This document shows, piece by piece, positions 13,585 to 25,784 of a DNA stretch of 64,000 nt. Below the pieces are notes generated by a model. The model was not told the origin of the DNA, made no database searches, and saw only the letters and a list, made by a program, of their open reading frames with translations. The stretch spans positions 558,001 to 622,000 of the forward strand of contig NW_027211801.1 in the NCBI RefSeq assembly GCF_036971445.1, given 5' to 3'. Position 1 is the stretch's first letter; each line of letters begins with the position of its first letter. This DNA is from Narcine bancroftii. Taxonomy: Eukaryota. Made by a program: the position numbers and the translations under genes.

Positions 13585-14540
13585 TCAGGCTGTAGAGGGC
13601 AATTCCATCTGCCATCTCTGAACACTCAAATCAGTCTCATTTTTCCAAGTAATTGCTAAACATTTTCTAACTACAGCTAATGCTAATCTCAAAAATGCAA
13701 TTTTGCATGTATTTAATCCTAATTCTAATCCCAACCTGTTAATGTTTCCCAACAAAAATACTAAAGGACCTAATGAAAATTTCACTTTCAAAATTACTTC
13801 TAAAAATTCCTTAAGTCTATTCCAAAGAGGTTTTACCATCACCATGTAGAATATTTAAAAAAGAACCTACTTCCTTCTGACATCTGAAACCCAAAACTGA
13901 AAAAATTAAATTACATCCTCTTAGTTTTTCCAGAGTTAAAAATAATTGATGAATGAAATTATAATGAAGTAGCAGATACCTGACATTTATAATTTTAGTC
14001 ATACTAAATTCATCCAATCATTTTGTTGAATAATTATTCCTAAATCTTTTTTCCCTTTTAACCCAGATTTATGCAAATCCAATTTAGACAATTTATTTTG
14101 TAATAAAGAATACATCGCAGATCTAAATCCTTTCTAACCTCACTCTGTAAGTAAAATTTCAAACTTCAATCAACCAGGTAACCATAAAGTATGTCCAAAA
14201 TTATCCAACAATAACTGTTTAAATTGATAATAAGAAAAAAAGCGTGTTTGAAGGAATACTATATTTCTCTTTCATTCTTTGGAAAGAAGTAAAATAACCT
14301 GCTTCATAATAATCTTGTACAAATTTAATATACTTTTGATCCCAACTTCAAAAATTGATTATTATGTGTAAAGGGAATAATCTTATTTTGATACAAAGGA
14401 CTTTTACCTGAAAATTTCCCTTGAATAACTAGAACTTCATTTATTTTATACCATAGTTGCATTAAATGTTTCAAAATAGGTAATTATTTCATAACGTAGA
14501 ATTTCATCAAAAAGAAACTGATCCATCCTCTTCTCACCAA
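13585..14540 (-). mobile_element. L1 ORF2 3' fragment
   Basis: HYNFIHQLFLT, RKCLAITWK motifs. Confidence 0.8.
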
Positions 14541-14549
14541 TTGTAATTC

Positions 14550-15472
14550 GTGTGTAAATTTAAGAAAAGTTCTTTGGTTCACATTTCGATCTCACCTCTC
14601 ATTCTTCCACATTTAATGGTTGCAGGCAATTTTTATACCGTGCACAGAATTTAACATGTATAAAGTTCACCAGGCTTTGGTGCTTGAAAGGTAAATATTT
14701 ACTGCACAGGAAAGTTCTTGTAGGTTTGCAAAGATAGATGTACTGTTCCAGGATTTCCACAACTGAGGTACCACCATTAATCACCTCAATTTCCTGCTGA
14801 TGAAACTTTCCCCATCAGGGTTCTCCACATGATAATCTCTTTCTTTCAGGCTACTACAGAGTTCCTTTCGGTTGCACTTATTCCAAGAGGACAGATAGCA
14901 CTTCTAGCCATCCACCACTCTGGAGCTTCTGTTTCAGTTTCAACAAGATTNNNNNNNNNNNNNNNNNNNNNNNNNNNNNNNNNNNNNNNNNNNNNNNNNN
15001 NNNNNNNNNNNNNNNNNNNNNNNNNNNNNNNNNNNNNNNNNNNNNNNNNNNNNNNNNNNNNNNNNNNNNNNNNNNNNNNNAGCCACATGTCCTTTTCTCT
15101 CTCTCACTTGCAAGCCACCCCCCGCAACTTCTCCTGCAATCAATAGGAGTTAGTTAGTCTTCTGCTCCCATCTGTTGTTTTAGGTAAACAAACCTCTCAA
15201 TGAACTTTGAGTGAGCACATTGCAGAGAGGTCAAAAGCCTTGCAAAAATATCCAACACAGACGACCTGAATCTAGTCCATTCATTTCATGACATCATTTC
15301 AATTAGCACCAACTTGTGAAATGTGCATAACGTTCTCCATAGTTTCTGAAACGTCACTGAATATGAATTCTGCAGTATTTCAAAAAATATCTGTTTTAAA
15401 GTGTGTGTACGTATGTAACCTACTCTAATTTTACCAATTTAATTCCCAAAAACATTTCCATATATTCCATCA
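14550..15472 (-). mobile_element. Solo/partial LTR related to the LTR at 24733-25490; spans an N gap
   Basis: Shared blocks gaaaagttctttgg, ggttgcaggcaatt, aagttcaccaggctttggtgctt, cagggttctcca. Confidence 0.65.
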
Positions 15473-15474
15473 GT

Positions 15475-17130
15475 GTTTTCAAAGTGATAAGGAGGACAGA
15501 TAGAGTCAAAGTGGAGAGGAGTTACCCACTGAGAGTAGAGGAGATTCAAAAAGAGGACCTGGATTGAGAGGAAAAGGGGAAAAGATTAAAGGGAACATAA
15601 GGGGAAATTTCTTCATGCACAGGGTGGGGTGATGGTATGGAATGAACTTCCAGCTGTGTTGGTAGACGCGAGATCGATGTTAATATTTAAGGAATGTTTG
15701 GATAGGAGAGGTGTTGAGGGTTATGGGGCAAATGCGGGTCAGTGGAACTGAGTGGGCGATGATGTTCGGCATGGACTAGTTGGTCCAAAAAGGCCTGTTT
15801 CTGTGCTGTAAATGGTTATATGGTTATATCTCTGCAATCGAGGCTGAATCCATGGTGCATCTGCCTGATAGATGTGTTTTGCTCCAGATGCCTCACTATT
15901 TCTTATTTAATGGTAGCTTTGTATTTTCACTCTACAGATGTGAAACTAACCAGCCTATAGTTCCCTGGCTTTTGCCTGCATCCTTTCATGAATAGTGGCA
16001 TGACATTTGCCATCTTCCAATCCACTGGGATTTGCCCAGAGCCCAGAGAATTTTCGCAAATTCTCATCTCGGCCTCAGTTATAACTTTTTCCATTTCTTT
16101 CAATACCCTGTGAAGCAATTCATCAGCACCAGGGGATTTATCTACCTTTAGAACCTCATTTTATCTGAGTATGGCTCTATAGTGATCGCTAATACATCCA
16201 GGTCCTCAGCTCCCATCACATCCATAACATCTGTCCTTGGCATGGTCGATGTGTCCTCCATTGGAATACCGACACAACATAGTCATTCAAAGCCTCAGCC
16301 ATTTCCTCAATATCCAATATCAAATCTCATCTTACCAGAGCCCAACCTTCAATTTAGATACCCTCTTGCATTTTACATCATTATAAAACATTCATCCAGT
16401 GATCTATGTTTGAGACCCATCTATTCATAATCTATATTGACTGAGAGGACATACAGCTTGGTAACAGATCACTTTTGTCCACGAAACCGTGCCACTCAAT
16501 TACACACAATTAATCTACAACCCCCAGATCATTTTGATCAGTGGAATAATACCGGAGTCTCTGGGAAAATCCATACAGATATGGGGAGAACGTACAAACA
16601 ACTTACAGACTGTATTAGATTCGAACCCCCGTCCTGATCGTTGTTGCTGTAAATGTGTGGCATTCATGAAAATATAATGAGGATGGGAAGGGGCTTCAGG
16701 AGGATATAGACAAGCTGAGTGATTGAGTTCGTAATAGCCTTGGAGCCATTAGCTGAGGCCATTTGCCAGGATCCAGACATGAAAGGTTTCAGAACAGGCC
16801 AGGAAGAGCACAAAATCAATTTATTTGCCAACGATGTTCTGATCTATCTGAAAGACACGGCACCTGCACTGCCCGAGCTGCGCTCCAGTCTGGAGGTGTG
16901 TGGGGAGATCTCTGGGTATGAGATCAACTGGGTTAAATGCAAATTCATGCACTTAGGAAGGGGGATTATAGTCAATGTCAAGAAAATAGTCAACTAAAGT
17001 GGCTGCAAAATGGGATCAAATATCTAGGAGTTAGAATGGATAATAACTGGAGTAACTTATACAATTTGAATTACTCCCCCCACCTGCCAACCACTTCCTC
17101 CTTGAGAAAATTGAGGAGGATTTAAATGGA
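15475..17130. mobile_element. Mosaic of CR1 (+ and -), SINE-like and L1 RT fragments
   Basis: CR1 DWKMANVMPLF..NYR.VS (15927-16118, -); L1 IALEPLAEAI...KINLFANDVLIYL (16719-17125, +). Confidence 0.7.
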
Positions 17131-18238
17131 TGGATGTGCCTGCCCTTGACACTAGTGGTGTCACAGAGGGGGTGATGATGTCACAGGGGGGTGATGATGT
17201 CAGAGCACAGGGCACTTGCTGCTGTGTTGCCATAGCTGAGCCGTGCCGTGGAACAGCAGCACGAGAAGGGGATGCCTCTCCAGGAAGGGGATTCCAGCAC
17301 GTGTGGAAGTAGGAGGAGGTCTCATCCCAGGGACCCTCTGATTAATGAGGTTGTGTTTGGAAGCCTCCAGCATCAATGGGTGAGATAAAGAGAGTGTCAC
17401 ATGCTCTCCTACTGGGAAATGGACTCCTCTGGTATCATCCTTCACCCAGTGTGGGCGGAGAGAATGGAGTCCACATTTAACCCCCTCTCTCCATCCTGAA
17501 TGCAGAGCACTTACTGAGGAACTGGAGTGGACTGGGGAGGGGAGAGCAGTGTCATGGGAGAGGATACAGGGATGGAGTCTATGGAGTGGAGGTAAAGTGG
17601 AGGGGGGGATTAAGGGAAGGTGGGTCCACTACAGTCTGAGGGAGATTGGTCAGAGCTATGGGATGTAGTGTTCAGCTGGGGGGATGGGTGGGAGGGAATG
17701 GAAGGCACTGGCGTAACCAGAGGTGATGGTGTTGGGTGGGGGATGAGAGAGGGGTGGAGGAATCGGGGCAGAGCAGTGTGTGAAGTGACTGGGTTAGANN
17801 NNNNNNNNNNNNNNNNNNNNNNNNNNNNNNNNNNNNNNNNNNNNNNNNNNNNNNNNNNNNNNNNNNNNNNNNNNNNNNNNNNNNNNNNNNNNNNNNNNNN
17901 NNNNNNNNNNNNNNNNNNNNNNNNNNNNNNNNNNNNNNNNNNNNNNNNNNGGAGATTGTTTGTCTCCAAATTCATTGTTCAGTGGAAGCTGGGTAAACAA
18001 CCATGAAAACTGAAATGGTTATTTGAACCCCCCCATCGGGCCCCCCACCCCTGCCTCCCATTAAATCTCCCCCTTTGGCCTCCTGTTGAGTTCCCCCCAC
18101 CCCCGTCCAGCTTTCTAATGAGTCTCCCACCTCTGACGTCCTGACGAGTCTCCCTCATGTCTACCCCCAACCTGGACAAGTCACCCCTCTGGGACCCGAC
18201 CATCCCCGATATTTACAGATGTTCCTTCCTAACTGCAG

Positions 18239-18322
18239 AACCACAAACTGCAGATCATGTGGAAGTTGGATCACACCAACATCATCACAGTCCTCGAGTT
18301 CTTCTACACCTCCGGTAATGAG
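18239..18322 (+). pseudogene. GSK3: GSK3-like exon, equivalent to exon 3
   Basis: ctgcag| [28 protein letters not shown] versus [28 protein letters not shown]; 84 nt; the donor reads atacat (GT lost). Confidence 0.85.
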
Positions 18323-19107
18323 ATACATCCCACGTGCCCCACCCCCCCATCCCTACTTGCTGTATTTCATTTGTTCCTCCTTTCCCGATACCCTGAATCT
18401 ATCCATCTCGCCGTAGTTTCTCTGTTTACTCCGACCTGCCCCTCCGACCAGTGCCTACCCCTGGATGCTGGCTGCCCTGCTGACTCGAATGTACAGCTCC
18501 ACACCCATTAAATTATGAACTCTCGCCATTTCAGCTCCAAACAACAGCAGCCAAGACCACAAGACAAGGGAGCCAAATTAGGCCACTCATCCCCTCGAGT
18601 CTGTTTTCCCCATTCATATCATGAATGGATTTTTCACCATAACCCCATTCTCCCGAACCTTTTGGTGCCCTCACGAATCAACAGCTGCTCCGAATCATCC
18701 CAACAACTCAGCCTCCACACGTTCGGCCCCACCCACCACCCAGCTGAAAACATTTCTCCTCCACTCAAAATGCTTTTCTCTTTTGGTGAACCCTTGCCTC
18801 ACGAGGGAGGGTGGTTGGAGATGTAGACTTTGTGCAGTCTCACCAGATGCCGGTTGATGAGGGAGCCAACAGGTCCACTATGGCCTGTCAATGCTCCACT
18901 AGCTGAGCCATTGGATTTTGGCATGTTCTGTTCACCATTGGGGGCACCAGACACTCAGAGAGGAGGGTGTGGGGGGAGGCACTCCTGTTGGGAGAGGTGC
19001 TGGGTGTTGGTGGTTAAAAGAGAGGAGGGACGGGGGGCACTCCTGTTGGGAGAGGCGCTGGGTTTTGGTGGTCAATCCTGCCAACATTTTTATTTTGTAT
19101 CCAACAG

Positions 19108-19218
19108 AAAGACGAGGTTTATTTGAATCTGATTCTGGATTATGTTCCCTAGATGGTTTACTGCATGGCCTGGCACACCACCAAAGCCAACCAGCCCATT
19201 CCCATGATCTACATCAAG
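19108..19218 (+). pseudogene. GSK3: GSK3-like exon, equivalent to exon 4
   Basis: caacag| [36 protein letters not shown] |gtgggt; 111 nt; TAG at 19150-19152. Confidence 0.9.
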
Positions 19219-19507
19219 GTGGGTGTAGGTCTGCACGTCAGATTGTCCGCTAGGGCAAGCTTGTGGGGCAGGGTTGGAGGATATGCAGGAGGTCGCTGGG
19301 AACATTTGGATGAGGTGCGCATGAAGTCTCATTGGGTATTGATGAGAAGGGAAGGGAAGGTGTGGGGGAGGGGTCGGGGGAGTGATGAGGATGGATGTGG
19401 AGTGGCAGGGAATGGCCCACACCTCCCTCTCCCCACCCCTGGAACTAGGCCCAGCCAATGTGGAGGCACTGGGCTGGGTGGGAAATGATGCACTGCTGTG
19501 TTGACAG

Positions 19508-19638
19508 GTGTACATGTACCAGCTGTTCCAGTGTCTGCCCTACATCCATGCTCGGGAGGTTTGCCTTCGAGACATCAAGCCCCAGAATATGGTGGTGGAT
19601 CCCGAGGTGACCGTCTTAAAGCTCCATGACTTCGGCAG
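19508..19638 (+). pseudogene. GSK3: GSK3-like exon, equivalent to exon 5 (catalytic loop and DFG)
   Basis: tgacag| [43 protein letters not shown](S) |gtaggt; 131 nt. Confidence 0.9.
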
Positions 19639-22600
19639 GTAGGTCCGTCTGTGTCTGCCCATTCACCAACTCAACGCGGTCCCTGACCCCTCTCCATATA
19701 ACACTCCTTCCCCCACACCCCGGATCTCTCCCCTCAACCCCCACCCTCTCCACTTTTCCCTCCCCCGGCTCTCTCCCCTCCCCCACCAGTTCTCTCCTCT
19801 CCTCCCTCCTCCAACTTGCCCCTTCCCCAGCTTAATAACTTGTTCTAAATAATATTCTGGGGGCTTTGATACGATAGACACCAGCACCTTTTCTGAAAGT
19901 GACAGTAGCAAATCCCAGAGGGGATCTGGTTAAGGTGAGGGGAGATGTTATTGTACACAAAGAGTGAAGGGGGCTTGGAAGGTGTGGCCGGGGGAAGTGG
20001 TGGAGGCTGGTACAATAGGGACATTTAAAAGACTCTTAGACAGGCCTGTGGATGTAAGAGAACAGAAGGGTATGGGGGTGGTGCGGGTAAGGGTTAGTTT
20101 GTTGTGAAGAATGTTCATAAAGGTTGCAACAGGATCGTGGGACAAAGGGCCTGTACTTGTCTGCAATGGATGCAGAAGCTCTGGGAAGGGATAGCGGAGG
20201 GGTTGGCTAGGAAATCTGCAGATGCTGGGGCCAGGGGCAATACACAAACCTGCTGGGTTAACTCTGCCATTAACATCCTGTCACTCCTCTAATCCTTCTC
20301 ACTGCTTTCTTGCCATTGGAAGTCAGAAACTAAGAAATTGCATTCACCTTAGCTTGAATAGGTGCAACATTGCCACGGCCAACGACATAACCCAAGTATG
20401 TTACCGTGGCATTTGCTAATTGACTCTTTGCTAAATTAACAGTTAAGTTTGCTTTGGATAATCTTGCAAACAATTTGTCCAATTCACTTAAATGTTCCTC
20501 TCATGTGTCACTTTTTGTGACCAAGTCATCAATATAAGCATCTGTATATGTTAACCCTTGGATACAGAATTAATCATCCTCTGGAATGTTGCATGGGCCT
20601 TTTTCTTCCCAAAAGGTAACACATTATATTCGTATAAACCATTGGAGTTACAAAAGCTGAAATATTCTTTCCTCTCTCAGTTAAAGGCACACACCAGTAA
20701 CTTTTCAACAAATGCAACTTAGTAAGGAATTTAGCTTTGCCAATTTTATCAATACAGTCATTCATTCTGGGAATAGGATAAGTATCTGTTTTAGTTACTG
20801 AATTAACCTTCCTATAATCTGTACAGGACCTAACAGTTCCATCTGGATTTGGTACCAGAATATAAGGACAACTCCAGTCTGAGTGTGAAGGTCTAATAAA
20901 GTCATCCATCATCATATATTCCCCCTCCTGATCCATGATTTACTCTTCTGACTGTTTATTCTAGATGGGGGCTGTTTGATGGGATTTGCTTCTCCTACAT
21001 CTACATCATGGTGAATCACTGATGTCTTTTTTGAAACATCAGGGAACAAATTTGTGTCATTCAAAAGTCATTCTTTCAACTGCATCTGCTCTTGGAACTT
21101 AAGATGGCCTAACTTGTCTTCCAAATTTTCCAAAATGGCTGAGTCAGACAGCTGCAGAGGAGCCATGGTTTCTTTAAGGTTACCCTCACCAGATCCTGTT
21201 TCCATAATCTTATGATCTACCACTTCCTCCACTCTGTCAACAGCCAAGACCTCTGACACAGATTGTTCTCCACAACCCTTAGTCTCGTAATCAGGTTTCA
21301 ACATATTGATGTGACAAACCTGAGTTTTATTCCTTCTGCCTGGAGTGTTAACAACATTGTTAACATCATTCAGTTTTGATTTAATTTTGCCCTGAGCCAT
21401 TTCTAAATTCTCTTGAGCCAACGTCCACATTTTTGTTACCAATCCTTAAATTTAGAAACATAATCTAGCAAATTCAACTGTACATCCTCATTAACCCACT
21501 GTCCTTCTATCAAGATTAAAGGTCCAAACACAATTTCAAAAGGGCTGAATCCTAATGACTCCTGCACAGCCTCCCTTGCCGCAAACAACAATAAATGAAT
21601 ACCTTCATCCCAGTCTTTGCCATTCTCCGTACAGTAAACTCTCATCATATCTTTAAGAGTAGAATGAAATCTTTCCAAAGCTCCCTGAGTTTCAGGATGA
21701 TACACAGATGAAGTGATCTGTTTTATTACCAACTCATCAACTAACTGTTGAAACAACCCAGACATAAAGTCCTTGATCACTCTGGATCTCTTTCGGTCGT
21801 CCAAACACTGTGAAAAATCTTTCCAGAGCCTTTACCACCATTTTGCCTTTAATAATTCTCAGTGGTATAGCCTCTGGAAATCTCAACGCTACAAACATAA
21901 TTGTTATTGAGTACTGATTTCAACTGAGAACCTACAAAATCCACAATAACCTTGGTAAAAGGTTCTCCAACAACCGGAATAGGTTGTAATGGAGCCACTG
22001 GAGGAACCTGGATAGGTTTCCCCACAACTTGACAAACATGACATGTCCAGCACCAATTTACAACATCCTTCCACAAACCAGGCCAGAAAAATTGTTTCAA
22101 AATTTTATTCATGTATTTTTAAAACCACCCAAAGTTGTACTGTGGGCTAGATCTAATATTTTCTTGCGGTAATTTCTAGGAACAAAAACCTGACGAATCA
22201 CTCTCCACTCCTCATTAGCAGGAATATCAAGAGGTCTTCATTTTCTCATCAACACCACCATTGAAGTAATATCCACAAGCCATTTCTTATTTTCCTGTTC
22301 AGTTACTGCTTTCTCTCTTAAGCTAACAAGATCTGCATCTATTTTCTGTTTGTTGAATTAATTCTTTCCTTGACAAAGAGAAATTTTTACTCTCACAATG
22401 ACCCTGCTCTTTCAAAAATACTTCAGAAGTATTGGGCAAATCTCTATTAACTGGATCTTCTTCAGCTGTCATCATTTTCTTCGTCACAGATCTAGTTACT
22501 GCACATGCAGGATATATCTCACCATCCTCTCTCACCACATCCTTACTAGGCCAATTTGTCAATCTTAAAACTGATCCAACTTTCTCCTCTGACAAATCAC

Positions 22601-22979
22601 AACCCACCAAAACCAGACACCATCCATGGGTAAATTTGGAATTACTCCGACTACCACAGGTCCTTTGACTAATTCTGAATTTAGCACAACCTTGTAAAGT
22701 GGTATTGGCTCTACCTCACCTCCAACATGTTTAATCAAAGTTGTCTCCCCTGTGGCTGTCCTTTGATCCATCGTTAAAAAACACTTTCTAACAACAATGA
22801 CTGAGCTGCCCCAGAATCTCAAATAATTTGAACTGGAACCTGTGGTTCTCCCTCCTTTATTGAGACAAAGCCCTCTGACACAAAAGGCTTGAAAACATCC
22901 ATGACCTCCTTTCCAGATTTGGCACCTCTGCTCTCCTTAAATTCCACTGTTTGAATACATGCTTCTGGTAAAACCTGTT

Positions 22980-23144
22980 TGTGGTGATATGTAATTACAC
23001 CAGTCGGTCACTAGGGGTCAAGCAGTTCAGAGCTACAGTCTAGCCTTCCACGTTTGTCGCAGAGAGTCAAGACCTCTTAGTGCACATATTAGTTTATTAA
23101 AGCTGTCTTATATTCGCACTGCTGTTGTGGTTATTGTCAGTAAA
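22980..23144 (+). mobile_element. 165-bp solo LTR nested in the Gmr1 element
   Basis: Starts TGtggtgatatg, has attaaa near the end; 5-bp TSD ctgtt at 22975-22979 and 23145-23149. Confidence 0.65.
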
Positions 23145-23715
23145 CTGTTTTCCTCTTTACTTTTTCAAGATTAGTCAATTCGCAATCATATGACCACCTT
23201 TCTTACAAAAATAGCATACAAATGCAGAAGTTCTGTCCTTTCCTACCTTCCCTTCATCTTTTTTCTTAACATTTTCTCCAGACTTTATTCCAGGCCGACT
23301 ATCCTGCTCCATACTAACCTTATGAACAGGTTTATTAATCTGTTCCACATTAGCTCTCTGAAAATGCCTGTTATTCTTTAATGTATTTTTGTGAATCAGA
23401 GCAAATTCACCTGTGAATCGAGCCACCTGTTGCCACGTACCCACCTCTCTCTCAACCAGGTGTAATTTAATCACCTCTGGGACACACCTTTTCATTTCCT
23501 CTATTAATATTAATTCTCCCACTCTGACAAAATCATTGTTTATTTCTTCTGAGGTGCACCAACGGTCAAAATATACAGATTTCTTCAGAGCAAAATCCAG
23601 ATAAAGTTGATTCCATGTTTTCACCAAACTCTTAAACTTTTGTCCATAAGCTTCCGTGACCAACTCATAAGCTTTCAGTACTGCTTGTTTAACAGTATCA
23701 TAATCATAATGATAA

Positions 23716-24301
23716 TCATGGGTCCTCTACCAGCATCACCTATGGCTCCTAGAACGCTTCCACCAGCGGTGTCTCCGCTCCATCCTCAACATTCATTGGA
23801 GCGACTTCATCCCTAACATCGAAGTACTCGAGATGGCAGAGGCCGACAGCATCGAATCCACGCTGCTGAAGATCCAACTGCGCTGGGTAGGTCTCGACTC
23901 CAGAATGGAGGTCCATCGCCTTCCCAAGATCGTGTTATATGGCAAGCTCTCCACTGGCCACCATGACAGAGGTGCACCAAAGAAGAGGTACAAGGACTGC
24001 CTAAAGAAATCTCTTGGTGCCTGCCACATTGACCACCGCCAGTGGGCTGATATCACCTCAAACCGTGCATCTTGGCGCCTCACAGTTCAGCGGGCAGCAA
24101 CCGCAGAGCCCACCTCACTGACAAAAGACAAAGGAGTAAAAACCCAACACTCAACGCCAACCAACCAATTTTCCACTGCAACCACTGCAACTATGTCTGC
24201 CTGTCCTGCATCGGACTTGTGAGCCACAAACGAGCCTGCAGCTGACGTGGACATTACCCCTCCAAAAATCTCCGTCCGTGAAGTCAAGCCAAAGAAGAAG
24301 A
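23716..24301 (+). mobile_element. RTE LINE 3' fragment inserted in the Gmr1 gag
   Basis: AEADSIESTLLKIQLRW...KKRYKDCLKKSL; tail aaagaagaagaa. Confidence 0.9.
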
Positions 24302-25784
24302 ATCTGCCACTTGCTCTGCAGTCAAGTTACAGGATGCAATTTGTGCTTTTCCCTTCAATTCATCTTGAAGCATTGGAGGCCACTTTTCTTTCAGCCATCT
24401 TGATCTCAGCGACCTTTGCAAAAAGCTGAAAATATGTATCTATATCTCTCTCATCAAAAGGAGGCACTAGATTTACCTCTCTACTCACCAAAAACCTCTC
24501 CCCAGGAGATACAGCCTCAATCCCCTTACTTTCCTCCATCCCCATTTTGAACTTCTCTAATTGAAACTGTCTGTTCCTTGCAATTTCCTCATATTTCCTC
24601 TGTTTTTTAGCCTCTTCTCTTTGCTTTTCAGCTTGGACTGCCTCATATTGTTGTCCCTGCAACTCAAAATTAGGGTTCTCCTGGTCATAAAACTGTAATG
24701 TTCAAATCCTAAAGGATGAGCCTCCATAAAATTTTACGGATTCCAGAGGACCCCCAAAACTAGCAGCAAGAGAAATGCACCACAACACAGGGTTATTTCC
24801 ACAAAAGTAGTTTATAATTATATTTGAACACGAAAACAGAATTGAAATTTAACTATTTACTTCATCTATCTAACCCACTTAATCCCCCTTCTATTACTAT
24901 GGGCAGGTGTGTATAATGTGTATTTAAGATGAGAAAAGTTCTTTGGATCACAATCCAATCCCACTGGTTGCAGGCAATTCTTGTACTGTGCGCTGAAGTT
25001 AGCAATAACAAAGTTCACCAGGCTTTGGTGCTTAACAGGCAAATGGTTACCACTCAGGAGAGTTCTTGCTGGTTTTCAGAGAGAGATTCCTTTTCCAGGA
25101 CATCTGCAATTGATTCTTTCTCAATTAGTCTTGCTGATAAAACTTGCCCCTTTCAGGGTTCTCCAGGTGATCTTCTTTCTTTCAAGACACCTTTCAGACT
25201 GCTGGTCTTCTCCTTTAACCAGGCAGCCTTCCGAAGTTTGGCAGCTTGTCCCTCTGGAACTGATTTCTATGACTCCTTCTCTCTCACTCCCTCCCTTTCT
25301 GAGAGCAAAGCTGTTCTGACTCTGTCTGCAAAAGTCACATGCTCTCCTTGACAAGCTGTATCTCGATACTTTGTCGCTCCTCTTCAAAAAACACGATGCA
25401 AAATTCCTGCTAAAATTCTGGGTTTTAAAATATGTGTGTGCAAGCTGCTGTAGTAATTCCTCCCAAGCCGCCTCGAAAACTCTGTAAACACTGCACATTC
25501 ATATATCTGAGAACAACCCTTGGCCGAGCCAACTTTCAAAAATCTGCTTGAAAGTAAACAACAATCTCAAGCAATTTGTGGTCATCTCAGCCTTAAGATA
25601 CATTACAGACACCACATTATGAATTAATGCATTGGATCAGGTTGTGCCACAAATACACAGAGAAGCCGCTGCATGGAGATTTCACAGAAATACATTTTAG
25701 AAGCAGGAAAAAATCAGTTGTTATTGAACGACAATGACAAGGACTATTAGCACATGATCTACAAAGTCACCTTTGTTTGTATAT

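Larger units (their letters stand above)
18239..19638 (+). pseudogene. GSK3: Unprocessed GSK3-like (glycogen synthase kinase-3) pseudogene fragment with three exons
   Basis: Exons of 84, 111 and 131 nt match the sizes and phases of vertebrate GSK3 exons 3-5; one stop codon, one mutated donor, catalytic HRD changed to LRD; later exons not found. Confidence 0.88.
20280..25490 (-). mobile_element. Gmr1-type Gypsy LTR retrotransposon, decayed and 3'-truncated; order gag-PR-IN-RT; 5' LTR about 24733-25490
   Basis: gag VPPFDERDIDTYF, EAY.QKF, CYFCKKGGH; protease about 22565-22900; integrase FFWPGLWKDV..C..CHVCQ and YHPETQGALERFH at 21436-22112; RT DYRKVNSVTKTDTYPIPR at 20574-20936; tRNA-Pro-like PBS tggaggctcatcc about 24714-24726. 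Confidence 0.88.

Noticed and set aside
13800-14010. Similarity to 55495-55705 as a shared J-C intron
   Set aside because: Only family-level L1 similarity, with no shared junctions
14829-18006. ORFs containing X runs
   Set aside because: Artefacts of the N gaps at 14951-15080 and 17799-17950
18965-19075. Two copies of a ~45-nt unit (ggcactcctgttgggagagg...) resembling a repeat-spacer array
   Set aside because: Simple intronic tandem duplication with only two units; eukaryotic context, not CRISPR
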